64,000 bases of DNA from Gordius albopunctatus (lineage: Eukaryota). The notes beneath the pieces were generated by a model. That model ran no database searches. It worked only from the letters and a program-made list of their open reading frames with translations, and had not been told where the DNA came from. Position 1 is the first letter of the stretch. Every line of letters begins with the position of its first letter. The stretch is from positions 12,834,001 through 12,898,000 of the forward strand of contig OZ193909.1 of NCBI GenBank assembly GCA_964276515.1, written 5' to 3'. Of the stretch, positions 25,468-38,619 are shown piece after piece. The position numbers and the translations under genes were made by a program.

Positions 25468-27150
25468 CAAAAAGTCATAATAGCAATGGTAGGAACAGGA
25501 ACAATCATAATAGTCAAAAAAAACGAAAAAAAAATTTTCGAATCACATTTTGGCCAAAGGTCATTTTTTTCCATTGGTCAGCAGCCAGGACACGGTAAAA
25601 GTGGATATAAATTCATAATAGTCAAAAAAAACGAAAAAAAAGTTTTCGAATCACATTTTGGCCAATGGTTATTTTATTCCATTGGTCAGCAGCCAGCGGA
25701 CGGCCAAAAAGTCATAATAGCAATGGTAGGAACAGGAACAATCATAATAGTCAAAAAAAATGGAAAAAATATTTTCGATTCACATTTTGGCCAATGGTCA
25801 TTTTTTTCCATTGGTCAGCAGCCAGGAAACGGTAAAAGTGGATATAAATTCATAACAGTCAAAAAAAAACGAAAAAAAAATTTTCGAATCACATTTTGGC
25901 CAATGGTCATTTTATTCCATTGGTCAGCAGCCAGCGGACGGCCAAAAAGTCATAATAGCAATGGTAGGAACAGGAACAATCATAATATTCAAAAAAAACG
26001 AAAAAATAAACTCGGATACACATTTTGGCCAATGGTCATTTTTTTCATTGGTCAGCAGCCAGCGGACGGCCAAAAAGTCTTATTATCATTGATAGTAACA
26101 AGAACAATCATAAGAGTCAAAAAAAACTCCGGGATTCTAACCCAAAAACTAGATAAATTGCATAGTATTTAATAAAAAGTATAGGGTAATTATCAATGTT
26201 AACCTATTCAAAAACGAACAAAAAATTTCGATTTATTTGGCCAATGGTAATTTTTTTCAATTATCAATGTTAACTTATTCAAAAAGGAAAAACGAAAAAT
26301 TAGGATTTATTTGGCCAATATTCATTTTTTCATTGGTCAGTAGCCAGCGGACGGTCAAAAAGTCATATTATCAATGGTATTAACAAGAACAAAATATTAA
26401 ATTAATTAAAAAAATAAAAATTTTGCCCCCTCCGGGATTCGAACCCACATTAAATAGATGCATAAGCCTTTGGAGGGGAACAGGGAACCATATAAATAGA
26501 GCCATAAGCCCTTGTAGGGGAGGGCATAGGGTAATTATCAATGTTAAACTATTCAAAAACGAAAAATTAAAAATTTCGATTTATCTGGCCAGTGGTCATT
26601 TTTTCATTGGTCAGTAGCCTGCGGACGGTCAAAAATTCATATTATCAATGGTATTAACAAGAACAATATATTAATTTAATTTAAAAAAAATAAAAATTTT
26701 TGTCCTCTCCGGGTCTCGAACCATCAATTTAGAACGTTCGCCGGGATTCAAACCCACATTAAATAGAGGCATAAGCCTTTGGAGGGGAACAGGGAACCAT
26801 ATAAATAGAGCCATAGGCCCTTGTAGGGGAGGGCATAGGGTAATTATCAATGTTAAACTATTCAAAAACGAAAAATTAAAAATTTCGATTTATCTGGCCA
26901 GTGGTCATTTCTTCATTGGTCAGTAGCCTGCGGACGGTCAAAAAGTCATATTATCAATGGTATTAACAAGAACAAAATATTAATTTAATTTAAAAAAAAA
27001 ATTTGTCCTCTCCGGGTCTCGAACCCGCAACCTCCAGGTCGGGAAGCTGGTGTAAATAACTTGGTGGACGACGGACGGACGGACGGACGGACGGACGGAC
27101 GGACGGACGGACAACCAAAAACGAGCCCATAAATTGCATAGCAATTAAAA
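25468..27150. repeat. Complex tandem array (~115-120 and ~310-bp units) ending in (GACG)n; Helentron/DINE-like non-autonomous element
   Basis: Repeated ttggccaatggtcatt..cattggtcagcagcc modules, (GGAC)n at 27066-27112 and tRNA B-box-like motifs on the minus strand. Confidence 0.6.
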
Positions 27151-27157
27151 ATATAAA

Positions 27158-28395
27158 CTAAATGGAATGTTCTTTTGGTAGTGATAAATTAATGTGTATC
27201 CAAGGGTAGAGGGGTACTCTTCCCATATCTTCATTTAAAGTGGGGTTAAGTCTTCTAATAAAGAAGGACTCTAACGTCTTCCTTTCAAAATATGATTTTG
27301 TAAAAAGTAGAATTGATTGTTTAAGTTTTGACGTATGATTTTTCTTTAAAATGTGGTTAGATACTCCTGTAGGTACGCCGTTGGGGCGAAATAAAGCTGC
27401 CAAGTGTTCTTTAAGCCTAACTCTTAAGTCTCTTTTTGTTTCCCCAATGTAAAACTGGTTGCAATCACTACAAGTAATTTTATAGATAACGTTATTTGTC
27501 TGTAAATCGGATTCATAGTTATTTTGTAATATTGTTAAGAGTGATTTATTAGGTTTTTGTGTGATAATGATGTTATTAATATTATTCCTTTTTAAAATTT
27601 TTTTAATGCTTTTTAAAAATGTAAATGGTAACGATGGGTGATGCGGAAAATGTATAAATGTTTTATCATTAATATTTTTTTTGCTTATTTTCAGTTAAAA
27701 AACATTTTTTTAGAATATTATTGAAAAGTTGATTTGGATATCCAAGAGAACAGAATGTTTCATATAAATAAACCATTTCTTTAATATATGCGGATTGTGA
27801 AGACGATAAATGAATTGCTCGATTAATAAGCCAGCTTAAAGTATTGACTTTAAAAGTGAAAGGAGTAAAACTATTAAAAGGAATATAGTTCAAACGTGAT
27901 TCCGTAGGTTTGTGATAAACCTGAGTATGAAAAATATTTTGATTTCTGGTAATTAAAACGTCCAGAAAAGGCAAACATTGATTCGTTTCAATTTCAAATG
28001 TAAATTTTATGTTAATATGAAATGAATTTAATAGATTTAAAAATTTATTTAAATCATTATCTAAGTTTTGATTCCAAATTGCAAATATATCGTCAACATA
28101 TCTACACCAAAAAGGTGGAAAGGAGGGAAGTTTTGATAATTCATTTTCTAAATGTGATAAAAATATATTAGCGAGTACAGGGGCAATAGGCATCCCCATA
28201 GCACAACCATCAATTTGGTCATAATTTATATGATTGAATTTAAAATTATTTTTTTGTGTGCAAAATAATAATAATTCTTTAAAAATATTTTCCGGAAATG
28301 GTAAACTATCATTTTCTTTTAATTTATTTACACAAATATCAATTGTTTCCACTATGGGAATCTGAGTAAATAAATTTTTTACATCAAAGCTGATC
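27158..28395 (-). mobile_element. Penelope-like element, 5'-truncated (RT + GIY-YIG endonuclease)
   Basis: SFDVKNLFT, GCAMG, RYVDDIF, LPFLDVLI, VYHKPT, then NVIYKITCSDCNQFYIGETKR..RLKEH at ~27400-27495. Confidence 0.9.
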
Positions 28396-30744
28396 TTGCC
28401 TTTTCTGGGCCTTTGGTAGCCAAACGCAATTTTTGTGTTTGTTACTGGTGGGGTCACCCTATAGGCAAGGTTCTTGGTGAATGGTCAGGTTAAAATTTCT
28501 GGGCTTTTTGAGGGAGTACTAGTGAAATGGAAGTGCTAGATTAAGCCCATCATACGAGTGGTCTAATGAAAAGTTTAATTCACCAAAATGACGGCATCAT
28601 AAAGAATAGTAGGTAGTCAAGTGCCAAAATCTAATAAAGTTCCGTCAGGCTTGGAAGGCCGGGATATCAATACTCCCTCATTCCATATAAACCAAAATGT
28701 ATACTATGAAAGTTCGTAATAATGAAAGTAATGAAAGCGCTAGGGCGTCCTCCGTAAATGACGCGCATGATAGGCGCCCGTATCATGTCAAAAGTCAACG
28801 AGGGTCACTACATCTTCCGCAAACGGATATAGTTAAAGAAACTAGTTTGCTAAGGACGAGATTGAGAGTGGGCTAGCTAATTGTTGGAACGATAACTGCA
28901 AAATTCCGAAAAGTTGCTGACACCCTCAGCAAGCGACGGGTCGATATAGCGTGTATATAGGAAACAAGATGGAAAGCGCAAAAAGGCTATAAACTTTACT
29001 TCAATGGCCTAGAAATGAATAAATATGGCGTGGCAATTTAGCTTCCCATCTACAAGATAAAGTCATTGAAGTACAAAGAAAAAGTGGGCGACTCATGATG
29101 TTGAAACTATGCATAGAGGGTCAAATGATTAATCTAGTTTCTGAATATGCTCTGTAAACAGGATGCACAGATGAAGAAAAGGAGGACTTTTGGGAAGAAT
29201 TAGACGAAACGCTGCGAATGATACTCATAGCTGAGATAGTTATAATTGGAGCGGATATGAATGGTCACGTAGACAAAACAAGAGAAGGATTTGAACGGTA
29301 CCATGGTGGAAATGGATACGGAGCGAGAAACGATGAAGGCGACGAAATATTGAAAATAGCCGTAGCATTTGATTTGGCCATCACAAATACCTTCTTCAAA
29401 AAGAATGTAAATCACCTAATAACGTACAAAAGTGGAAATCGATCTTCGCAGATTGACTTCCTCCTAATATCAAGAAAGGAATTAAAGAATGTACGAGATT
29501 GTAAGGTGATACCAGGTGAAGCTATTGCAGCCCAGCATAGACTTGTTGTGATGGACTATACCATCTCCAAGGCTAAAACACAAAAGCCGAAGAGATTAAA
29601 TGGGAAAATCAAATGGTTCCGACTACCAAAATTGAAAGATATTTACAATGACCAAATAGTTGAAAGGCTGCAAATAGATGATCAGCAGAATGTTAACGAT
29701 ATGTGGAATAACATAGCTAACACGGTACGATCAGTAACGAGATGTGTTATATGAGAAGGTAAACCAGGTATACAAAAAGATAAGGAGACATGGTGGTGGA
29801 ACGAAGACGTGCAACGCCTGTTCAAGTTGAAAAGAAAGCTTTACAAATTATGGTCAGGCAACATAAATGAAGAAACACGATTGGCATATGCGAAAGCTAA
29901 AAACGAGGCAAAACGTTGTGTAGCCAAGGCTAAAACTAGTGATGGGGAAATAGCGTTTTTAAGGAGCTAAAGCTATAGTACATAGCACCCATATGCGGCT
30001 ATGTCTACTAGCACATAGTCACTTTAAGTGCTATAAGCTATAGGAGATGGGAGGTTTGAGGCGCTAGAGCTATGGGAGGTTTGAGATGCCATAAGCTATA
30101 GGAGATGGGAGGTTTGAGGCGCTAAAGCTATAGCCGATAGCACTTGAATGCGCTACTCCTATAGCACGGCGCTAACATTGAGAATGATTTTTTAATTGTT
30201 TATTAGATACCAGCTGTGCCCGGCCAAGCGTTGCTTTAACCTATTAATAAGACTTATCTAAAATAAGGTCATATATGAAATAATTTATAATGTGAAAGGT
30301 CCTAATGCTAATGCAAATAAATATCCATAATATTTATTGAAGAGCGATATAAAATATTTATTAATACATCTACAATGCTAAGGCAATAATCTGGCCAAAT
30401 TTGGTGGCAATCGGTTGAGAACTTCAAAAGTTATTAGCGCACAAAAAACGGGGATCCGTGGTATGAGGACATCTTCTCCAGTGAAAGGTCCAGTCAAAAT
30501 CTAATAAAAAGGGGAGAAATGCTAAAAGAAATATAAAATTATAGAATTTAAAAGGTGATTGATTATACGCGAGTAAAATCAATAGGCTTTAATGGTAATT
30601 GCTAAAAGTTATGAGTGGATAAATAGAAATAATACTAACTTTAATTATTCATGCAGAAAAGTAGTGAGGCGTTATAAAGAGGGTTGTAGGTTCGGGTAAG
30701 AGATGCTTCGCAGCTTAACTTCTTCCTTAGAAAGGAAGAAATTG

Positions 30745-33700
30745 CTATAATTCTTGGGGATAGACAATATTTTTGGTCATGTTATTATCTGTGTAGATAT
30801 ACAAATTTTGTGGATTGCCGACGCGCGAACATGCAACATATAATTGTCCATGTGAAAAACAATCTGTTTCTAAATCTATACCACAAATTTCTAGAGACTG
30901 GCCTTGAGCTTTGTTAATGGTAATAGCAAATGCGAGTTTAAAAGGAAATTGCAATCTTTTGAATTCAAATGGTAAATCTATTGGAATCAAAGGGATCCGT
31001 GGTATGAGGACATCTTCTCCAGTGAAAGGTCCAGTCAAAATCGTGGCCTCAACAACGTTGCACATTAAGCGTTTAATAGCAAGACGTGTGCCGTTGCAAA
31101 GTTTTGGCTGATTAACATTGCGCAACATCATAATCGGTACGCCAATTTTCAAATGCAAAACGTGTGGTGGTATGCCTGGGAGATCTAGCGAATTTAAAAA
31201 TTCGAGCGGATAATTAACAGCGTCATCAGCAGTAACAACAGTGTCAACCAATTTGTAGGTAACTGGAGTGCCGTCAATTGTAGACAGAATGAGATTGTTA
31301 AGTTCTTGGATGTCTTTATTCTTTGGGGCAAGAATAGCCCGTTGACGGAGCCATATTCGATCCTGATAATGGGTGTTAATATTTGGAAAAACTTTTTCTA
31401 CCAAAGCTGTTTTGGACGACACAAAATGGCAGAAGTTGGTAGGAAATGAAATCCGTCCTGTGTTTATATCGACGGGCACGGTTCCGTTTCCAATTTCTAG
31501 CAATTGATGGGAGAATAACTCACATGCTTGCTCATTTTGTAACATTACACGCATATTAGTAGTTAAATTTAAGGTTTTTACATAAGGCCATAAAATAGAA
31601 TATTTTAGGCAAGCATCGAGCTCATCAGCAGGGGTTGATCGAGGAAGCACTGGTAAAGTTTGCCTGAAATCTCCTGCAAGCAATAAAAATGCGCCACCAA
31701 ATGGTCTGGAATCTCGCCGCAAATCTTGCAAAGAACGATCTAGAGCTTCGAGCGATTTTTTATGGGCCATGGTGCTTTCATCCCAAACGATAAGTTTGCA
31801 CCTTTATAATACTTTACCCATTCCAGATGCTCGGGAAATGTTGCACATGGGAGTTTCGCTATAATGAATGTTTAAAGGCAATTTTAATGCTGAATGAGCA
31901 GTTTTACCACCAGGCAACAATGTCGCAGCTATTCCGGAAGATGCAAGAGCCACGGCTATTTCATTTTGGGATCGAACAGTTGCAAGAAGTAAAGTCAGTA
32001 AAAATGTTTTACCAGTTCCACCAGGAGCATCTAAGGAAAAAATATCTCCAGCACCTTTATTAACAGCTAATAATATTGTATCATAAATGGCTTTTTGTTG
32101 GAGTGTTAGCCTTGGAACATTAGAGCGCACATAAAACAAAAGATCTTCTTGGTTATAATTAAGTTCACGGTAGAATTCGGCATGTAATGGAGCGGCAGAA
32201 GAGCGATTAGGCGCAGGCATCCCCAATTGTATTAAAACTTTATTCCCGATTTGTAAGCATAAATCTTCAAGAATAATTAAAGTTTGACTATAATGTGACA
32301 TTTGAGGCATGTTAATGATAGGATGTGAAGTACTATTCCGATGAATAATATCTTCTGCCATGTGTGCTTTATATTTATCCCATAAAGATTTAGGATTTGA
32401 CGGAGAGCATGAAGTCAATATAATCGCAAATAATGCACGGATTTGTTTTGGATTTGTAGTATGACACGCTTCACTGATGCATTCATCCCAATGATTATCG
32501 TGTTCTAATAGATGCATAGCTTGGCATGCACTGCGGAAAGTGGGATGTACAACACCGTCGACCACTTTTAATTCTTGGAAACATGTAGGACCACGTACAT
32601 TAATTAAAAGCATGCGAAGAAAGAAACATTCGTCTTGATTGGGATGGATAGTGTATAGTCGGCCTATCGCATCATCTTCGAATATGTCAGGGTGTCCATC
32701 GACACGCTTTCAACGTTTGCGACGGCAAAACGATCTGCTACGCGAATTCCATGTGTAGTAGGTAGGTACCTCTGAATAGAGCAGCGTCTGCGCAAAAACA
32801 TCATGTTGGCATAGCTTGAAGAAAGCTGTGAGCGTTGTGTCGGGGGGGTTTAAGGCGATTTGTTGGACATTAGCATTTGTAAAATAAACTCGCTGCCCAT
32901 TTTCTAGATGCACGGCTAAGTGAACCACAGCAGGACTACGGTCATGTATGGGGAGGGATAGAATACGCCACACAGCTTCATTACTGCTAATGTATCTTCC
33001 AGCCTGATACTGTGCGATTTCATCGGTGTGAAGGTTCCCTAATTGGGCTATGCTATCTGGTTGAACAGTGAAAACTGCCATATCACTGCCTTTGTTTACA
33101 TATTTACAAATATATTTGATGGATTTAACGGAGTTACAATACTCAACGTTGATGTGAGCTTTGTATAATTTTAAGAGCAGAGGACTATATGGAACAACCC
33201 ATCGGTTGTCCACCTCGACCGTTGCATTGCGTATGGGGATGGGTGCTACGTTACCACCATCTTCTATTGATCTTCTTTTGTACAAAGGGTATCCATCGTT
33301 GCCGGTAATTGTATTGCATACTAAGCTTCGAGGATATCGCTCTGAGCATTTGCCGTCTTTCATGCATGGCGATCTTGAATTAAGTGTTCCGCAAGGGCCG
33401 TGTATCATATTTTTTGTAACAATTTGGTACAAATTGTTATCTAAGTTGGGGTCGGGAATTTCAGCAGATATTAAAGCGTCGATTTCGTTTGACATAATCT
33501 TGCTATATAGCCATATGAGTATATGGGCATGAGGCAAACCTCTCTTTTGCCATTCGACTGAATACATCCAGCAACGCACAGACGCAAATACCTCATGCTT
33601 AACAATGTGATTAAGCATTGATTTAAGTTTTTGCCGGAAAACACGGGCGGTAATGTCATGCCTATCGAGAGGTAATTGACCAGAAAACAAAAGGTCTTTT

Positions 33701-35049
33701 ATGTCGTCCCACGCTGGGTTACATGTAAAAGTTATAAATAGGTCCGGACGACCGTATTTACGAACATACGCAATTGAATCTTGAGCGTATTCATGCATAT
33801 GGCGTGGACTTCCTGTATAAGATGAAGGTAAAATTGTTAATCTCCCAACGTTAATGGTATTAGAGTCGTTACGAAGGGCATCTCGCAAATGGATATATTC
33901 TTCTGAGCGAAGTTTAGTCTGATTTAAGCGGATGTATAGCAAACGCTCCGATTCAATTTTGGCATACATATCCACGATGTATTGGTGGAATAATTGCCGG
34001 CATTTTAAAATAGGATTGTCCCCGTCCTCTCGAATCATTATTCTGTATGAATAATAGTTCATAGCGCTGCATTTTGAGTTTGTAGGTTCGCCATTGATTG
34101 GATTTATCATCTTAACGTTAAAGTGATATCCGTCAGCACCATCCAAAAATATAATTGGATATTGTAGGGGGTCATAGCAACGATGAGTATCAGAAACTTG
34201 TGTCAAAGCATTGTTTCTCCTATGAAGCACAATGTCTCTAGGTTGAAATTGATCCCAAACTATAACAATGGCGACTTCATGTATAGTTGGTGCATTAAAT
34301 CTTCTCCCATGTTCTCCCGGAGGAGTTTTGTCAGCATGAATGACTATTTTGTGGGTATCTGAAGGCATTATGTCCAGTGCAGTTTTGAATAAACGCACTA
34401 AATTATTATTAGCATGAAGTAGCAACTGAAGCTGGGAAACGATGGATCTTTTTAAACCGCTAAAAATGTCGAGGCGTGCACCTAATTCTATCTCATCATC
34501 TCCGATAAAATATAGTTGTAGGAACTTATGTTGCCCTTCTGGCAATGGAAAGAGGGATCCGGCTTTATGATAAATTTGACCTTTTACCTTGAATGTAGGC
34601 ATGAATTGTGTGGTTACAACATCAGCGCCAAACGACGTCATTTGGAAACAGGAGTTGTATTTCCTGATGTTAGATAGAAAATGTTTAGAATCAGTGGTAT
34701 AACCAGCCAGCAATGTTTTTAATGGCTCAGGCGGTTCTGCAAGGTGAGGCAGTTTAACTTTTCCGGCTGCGCAACACATTCCAGTCGTTTCTCCAGCAAA
34801 TTTCAAGGCATTGCAATGAGGACACACAATAGACATAGTACCAATGAGAACATGGCGACGTAAACTTTCAATATTAGATGGGTAAGAAAATGCTAGGCGG
34901 TTGCCTGCGGGTAATGGCTGAGCACGTGAAGGTGGCTGAGGCAGAGTTGCAGACTGTTGTAGTTCATTTTCAAGCTCAAGAGCACGCAATCGGCGCACTC
35001 GATCCGTATTTTGTATTTTACGTCCAATAGATGTTTTCTTGGGGTGCAT
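30745..35049 (-). pseudogene. Helitron Rep/PIF1-helicase (~1434 codons, two in-frame stops)
   Basis: Three ORFs in one frame with CxxC..CC zinc motif, FITFT, PHAHIL (HUH), YICKY, APGGTGKT, GDFRQ, TINKAQGQS and LYVACSR. Confidence 0.95.
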
Positions 35050-35349
35050 GAATCTAAAGTCGATATACTAAGAAAATAAAAAATACATAAATAAATGGCA
35101 TTTTTTTAAAAGTAAAACTTGTTTTTATTAAATGAAACTTTGTATGCTAAAAAATTAATAAAGTAAAAATGTAGTGTAATAATAGTATAATGTTTCCCTA
35201 TGTATTAAAAGCATTCAATAGTATTTTACAAAGATAAGTTTAAGGTTTTAATCAAATATGGTTAAAAAGATATAACAAATTTAAATGTGGGGTAAAAAAT
35301 ACCATAGAAATGCTCTTAGTTTGGAAAAATATTTCTAATATAAAATTGT

Positions 35350-35850
35350 TAAGGTTACTTAAACAGCAGTGATTTCAGTTGTTTCTAATGCATGATGTGT
35401 TGTTTTCTTGGGTTTAGACTTTTCAGAAATATAAGGCAACATATGGAGAAATTATTTGTAATATCTTGAAGTGGGCTTAAATAATTATTAAAGCAAAAAT
35501 GTAGTGTAATAAAATTGAGGTTACTTAAACAGCAGTGATTTCAGTTGTTTCTAATGCATGGTGTGTTGTGTTCTTGGGTTTAGACTTTTCAGAAATATAA
35601 GGCAACATATGGAGAAATTATTTGTAATATCTTGAAGTGGTCTGTTTTTATTAAATCAAACTTTGTATGCTAAAAAATTATTAAAGTAATAAAATTGAGG
35701 TTACTTAAACAGCAGTGATTTCAATTGTTTCTAATGCATGATGTGTTGTGTTCTTGGGTTTAGACTTTTCAGAAATATAAGCCAACATATGGAGAAATTA
35801 TTTGTAATATCTTGAAGCGGGCTGTTTTTATTAAATGAAACTTTGTACTC
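35350..35850. repeat. Three ~170-180-bp tandem units in the Helitron 5' region
   Basis: aggttacttaaacagcagtgatttc recurs at ~35352, 35518 and 35698. Confidence 0.85.
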
Positions 35851-38619
35851 TTGATGGGCGCTTTGATTATTATAACAATATTTTCACATCAAACGTTTAG
35901 ATACGTAAACCTTTAACAGAGCACGCGTCTTTTTTATATTATAAAATTTTTGATGTTTTACGGTTTTTAATTATTTAGTTGTAACAGATATATATATACT
36001 GTAAAAAATAACCCAAAGGTGAATAAAAATAGTAAAATATGTGACAAAAGATTAGTAGAAAAACATTTAAAACTATGAGCACAACTCTAACATAAAATAA
36101 TAATCGAGATAAGCGTTGTAGCTGACGTCCGCTAGATGGCGGTAACCAAATTAAAAAACAGGGTTCCCGCTGTCGCAGCTTGATAAAAAGTATCTATAAA
36201 CCATCTACAATGATAAGGCAATAATCTGGCCAAATTTGGTGGCAATCGGTTGAGAACTCTAAAAGTTATTAGCGTACAAAAAAACGGGACTTAGATTTTT
36301 ATATATATAGATTAAAATACAATAACATGTATGAGTACGCACAAGTTCATATTATACTCTATTGTTTTCATTTAGATTATTATTATCAATGTTAGCACCA
36401 TGCTATAGGAGTAGCGCATTTAAGTGCTATCGGCTATAGCTCATAGCACCTCAAACCTCCCATCTCCTATAGCTCATAGCACATAAACCCCCCATCTCTC
36501 ATAGCTTTAGCGCCTCAAACCTCCCATCTCCTATAGCTTATAGCACTTAAAGTGACTATGTACTAGTAGACATAGCGTATTTAATAGGCTATTCCCATCA
36601 GCGGGGAGGTGCTAAGTGCGCTAGTGCTAAGCGTTTTCCCATCACTACAGAGGTCTACGAAAATTTGAATGCCAAGTTAACCAGTAAAGAAGGGGAAAGA
36701 ATGATCTACAAAATCGCAAAGACCAGAGCAAGGAACTCAAAGGATGTGGTAAACGTGAAATCTATAAAGAGCAAGGAAAGCATCAGTCTAACTCTGGACC
36801 ATCAAATCATAGATCGTTGGGAAGAATACTATAAAGAATTATTAAACAGTGAAAATGTGTTTTCGGACCACTGCGAAAGCAAGACCTATGAATATGACCC
36901 AGAGTTAGAAGTGACAGAGGAAGAGGTTGACCAGGTGCTTAAGAAGATGACCATGGGTAGAGCGGTGGGACCTGATAATATACCTATGGAAGCTTTTAAA
37001 ATGCTAGGACCCTTATGTGTACATCTACTTGCAAAGCTGTTTAACAAAATACTTGCAAATGTTATGATGCCTGATGAGTGGAGGGAAATCTATGTTATAC
37101 CTATCTATAAATTGAAGGGAGATGTACAAGAATGCAACAACTATCGAGGGATAAAGTTAACGAGTCACGTAATGAAGGTGTGGTAAAAGGTTATAGAAGC
37201 TAGACTCCGAAAAATAATATCAATAGATGAACAAAAATTTGAGTTCATGCCTGGAAAGTCGACTTCAGATGCAATACATGGTCTTAGGAGACTTATGGAA
37301 TCATATAAGGAAAAACAAAAGGATCTTAATATGTGTTTCATCGATCTTGAGAAAGCTTTTGATAAAGTACCAAGGCAGTTGATATGGGATAGCCTGAGTT
37401 CCAATGGTGTACCCGACGCTTATATAATGTTAATAAAGGATATGTATAGAAACGCAAAAACCAAAGTTCGGACATCCAGTGGTACATCAAAGGGATTCAG
37501 TCTAAATGTCGGTGTGCATCAAGGATCGGCCCTACGTTCATTGTTCTTCATAACAATAATAGATTCGATAACAAAGGACCTGAAACGCGAATCACCTTGG
37601 GCCATGCTCTTTGCGGATGATATCATCCTTTGCGCAGGCTCAAACGTGGAATTAGCAGAGCAGGTAAAAGTGTGGATGGAACAAATTGAAAGCAAAGGCC
37701 TTAGGGTCAACCGAGATAAAACTGAATATGTGTGCTTGGAGTCGGGGGATGAATACAAAGAAACACACCTGCAAATCGATGACTGGTGTTTAGGCAGCAG
37801 GAAAGAATTCAAATATCTTGGTTCTAGGGTACAATGTGATGGAGGTGTGGAAAACAAAATTAAGGCAAGAATAAACGCAGGCTGGCTAAAATTCAGGGAG
37901 TTGAGTGGTGTCCTATGTGACAAGCACATACCACTCAAATTGAAAGGACTGTTATATAACACCGTTATTGTACCCACGGTATTGTATGGAGCAGAAACCT
38001 GGGCAATTAGGGCAAAAGAGGAGCAAAGCTTGGCTACAATAGAGATGCGAATGTTAAGATGGATCTTGGGAATAAGAAAAAGGACCATATAAGGAATCAA
38101 GACATAAGGGATAAACTAAATGTATTTCCAATTCAGAGAAAGTTGGTGGTAATAAGATTGATATGGTATGGCCATTTGGAGAGACGGGAGGAAATTCACT
38201 TGGCAAATCGTATTAAGAAAGTGCAAGTCGAAGGCAAGTGAAAGAGAGGGATACCTAAACTGACACGGAAGCATAAAATAGATATGGACTTGAGAAGGTA
38301 CGAGCGAAAGCGAAGTTGGTGTAAGTGCAGGAATACATGGAGAACCTACTTGAAGGAGCTGACCACTAAATGTGACAAACAGCTATAGGAAAAAATACAT
38401 ATATAGGTTTTAGTATGGCTATAGACGTTTTTATGTTAGCGCATTTATTAGAAAAGTATATTTTATTACAATATATGCTATCTTATATACATTATGTAAT
38501 ATACTTTTGTGTATTTATTAATTTAAACATATATTTAATATATATAATTATTATAATTTATATTTTCCATTATTTCATTTATTTACGATTTTGTATCTAG
38601 TTTGTAAATGTGTTATTTT

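Larger units (their letters stand above)
30210..36311 (-). mobile_element. Near full-length Helitron
   Basis: 5' TC at 36311, 3' GC-rich subterminal motif plus CTGG at 30210, inserted between A and T; encodes RepHel. Confidence 0.95.
29937..36647. mobile_element. TIR MITE (arms 29937-30209 and 36312-36647) interrupted by the Helitron
   Basis: tagtgatggggaaa ... ttttcccatcacta termini and long inverted subterminal gctatag/gggaggtttgagg repeats. Confidence 0.85.
28396..38395 (+). mobile_element. RTE-clade LINE (28396-29936 plus 36648-38395) split by a nested MITE and Helitron
   Basis: APE (ADMNGH, SQIDF, QHRLV), WWNE, ..VAKAK/EVYE rejoining across the insertion, and RT (NYRGI, DLEKAFD, GVHQGS, LFADD, YGAETW); several stops. 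Confidence 0.9.

Noticed and set aside
25378..26172. 264-aa repetitive ORF or CRISPR-like array
   Set aside because: Arises from tandem repeats without unique spacers, in a eukaryotic context with no cas genes.
30745..35049. In-frame stops in the Helitron and retroelements as evidence of an alternative genetic code
   Set aside because: The stops are of different types (TAA, TGA, TAG) and replace different residues, and no such stops were noticed in the host exons read; this fits ordinary decay.
37519..38100. 193-aa minus-strand ORF
   Set aside because: Antisense shadow of the RTE RT.
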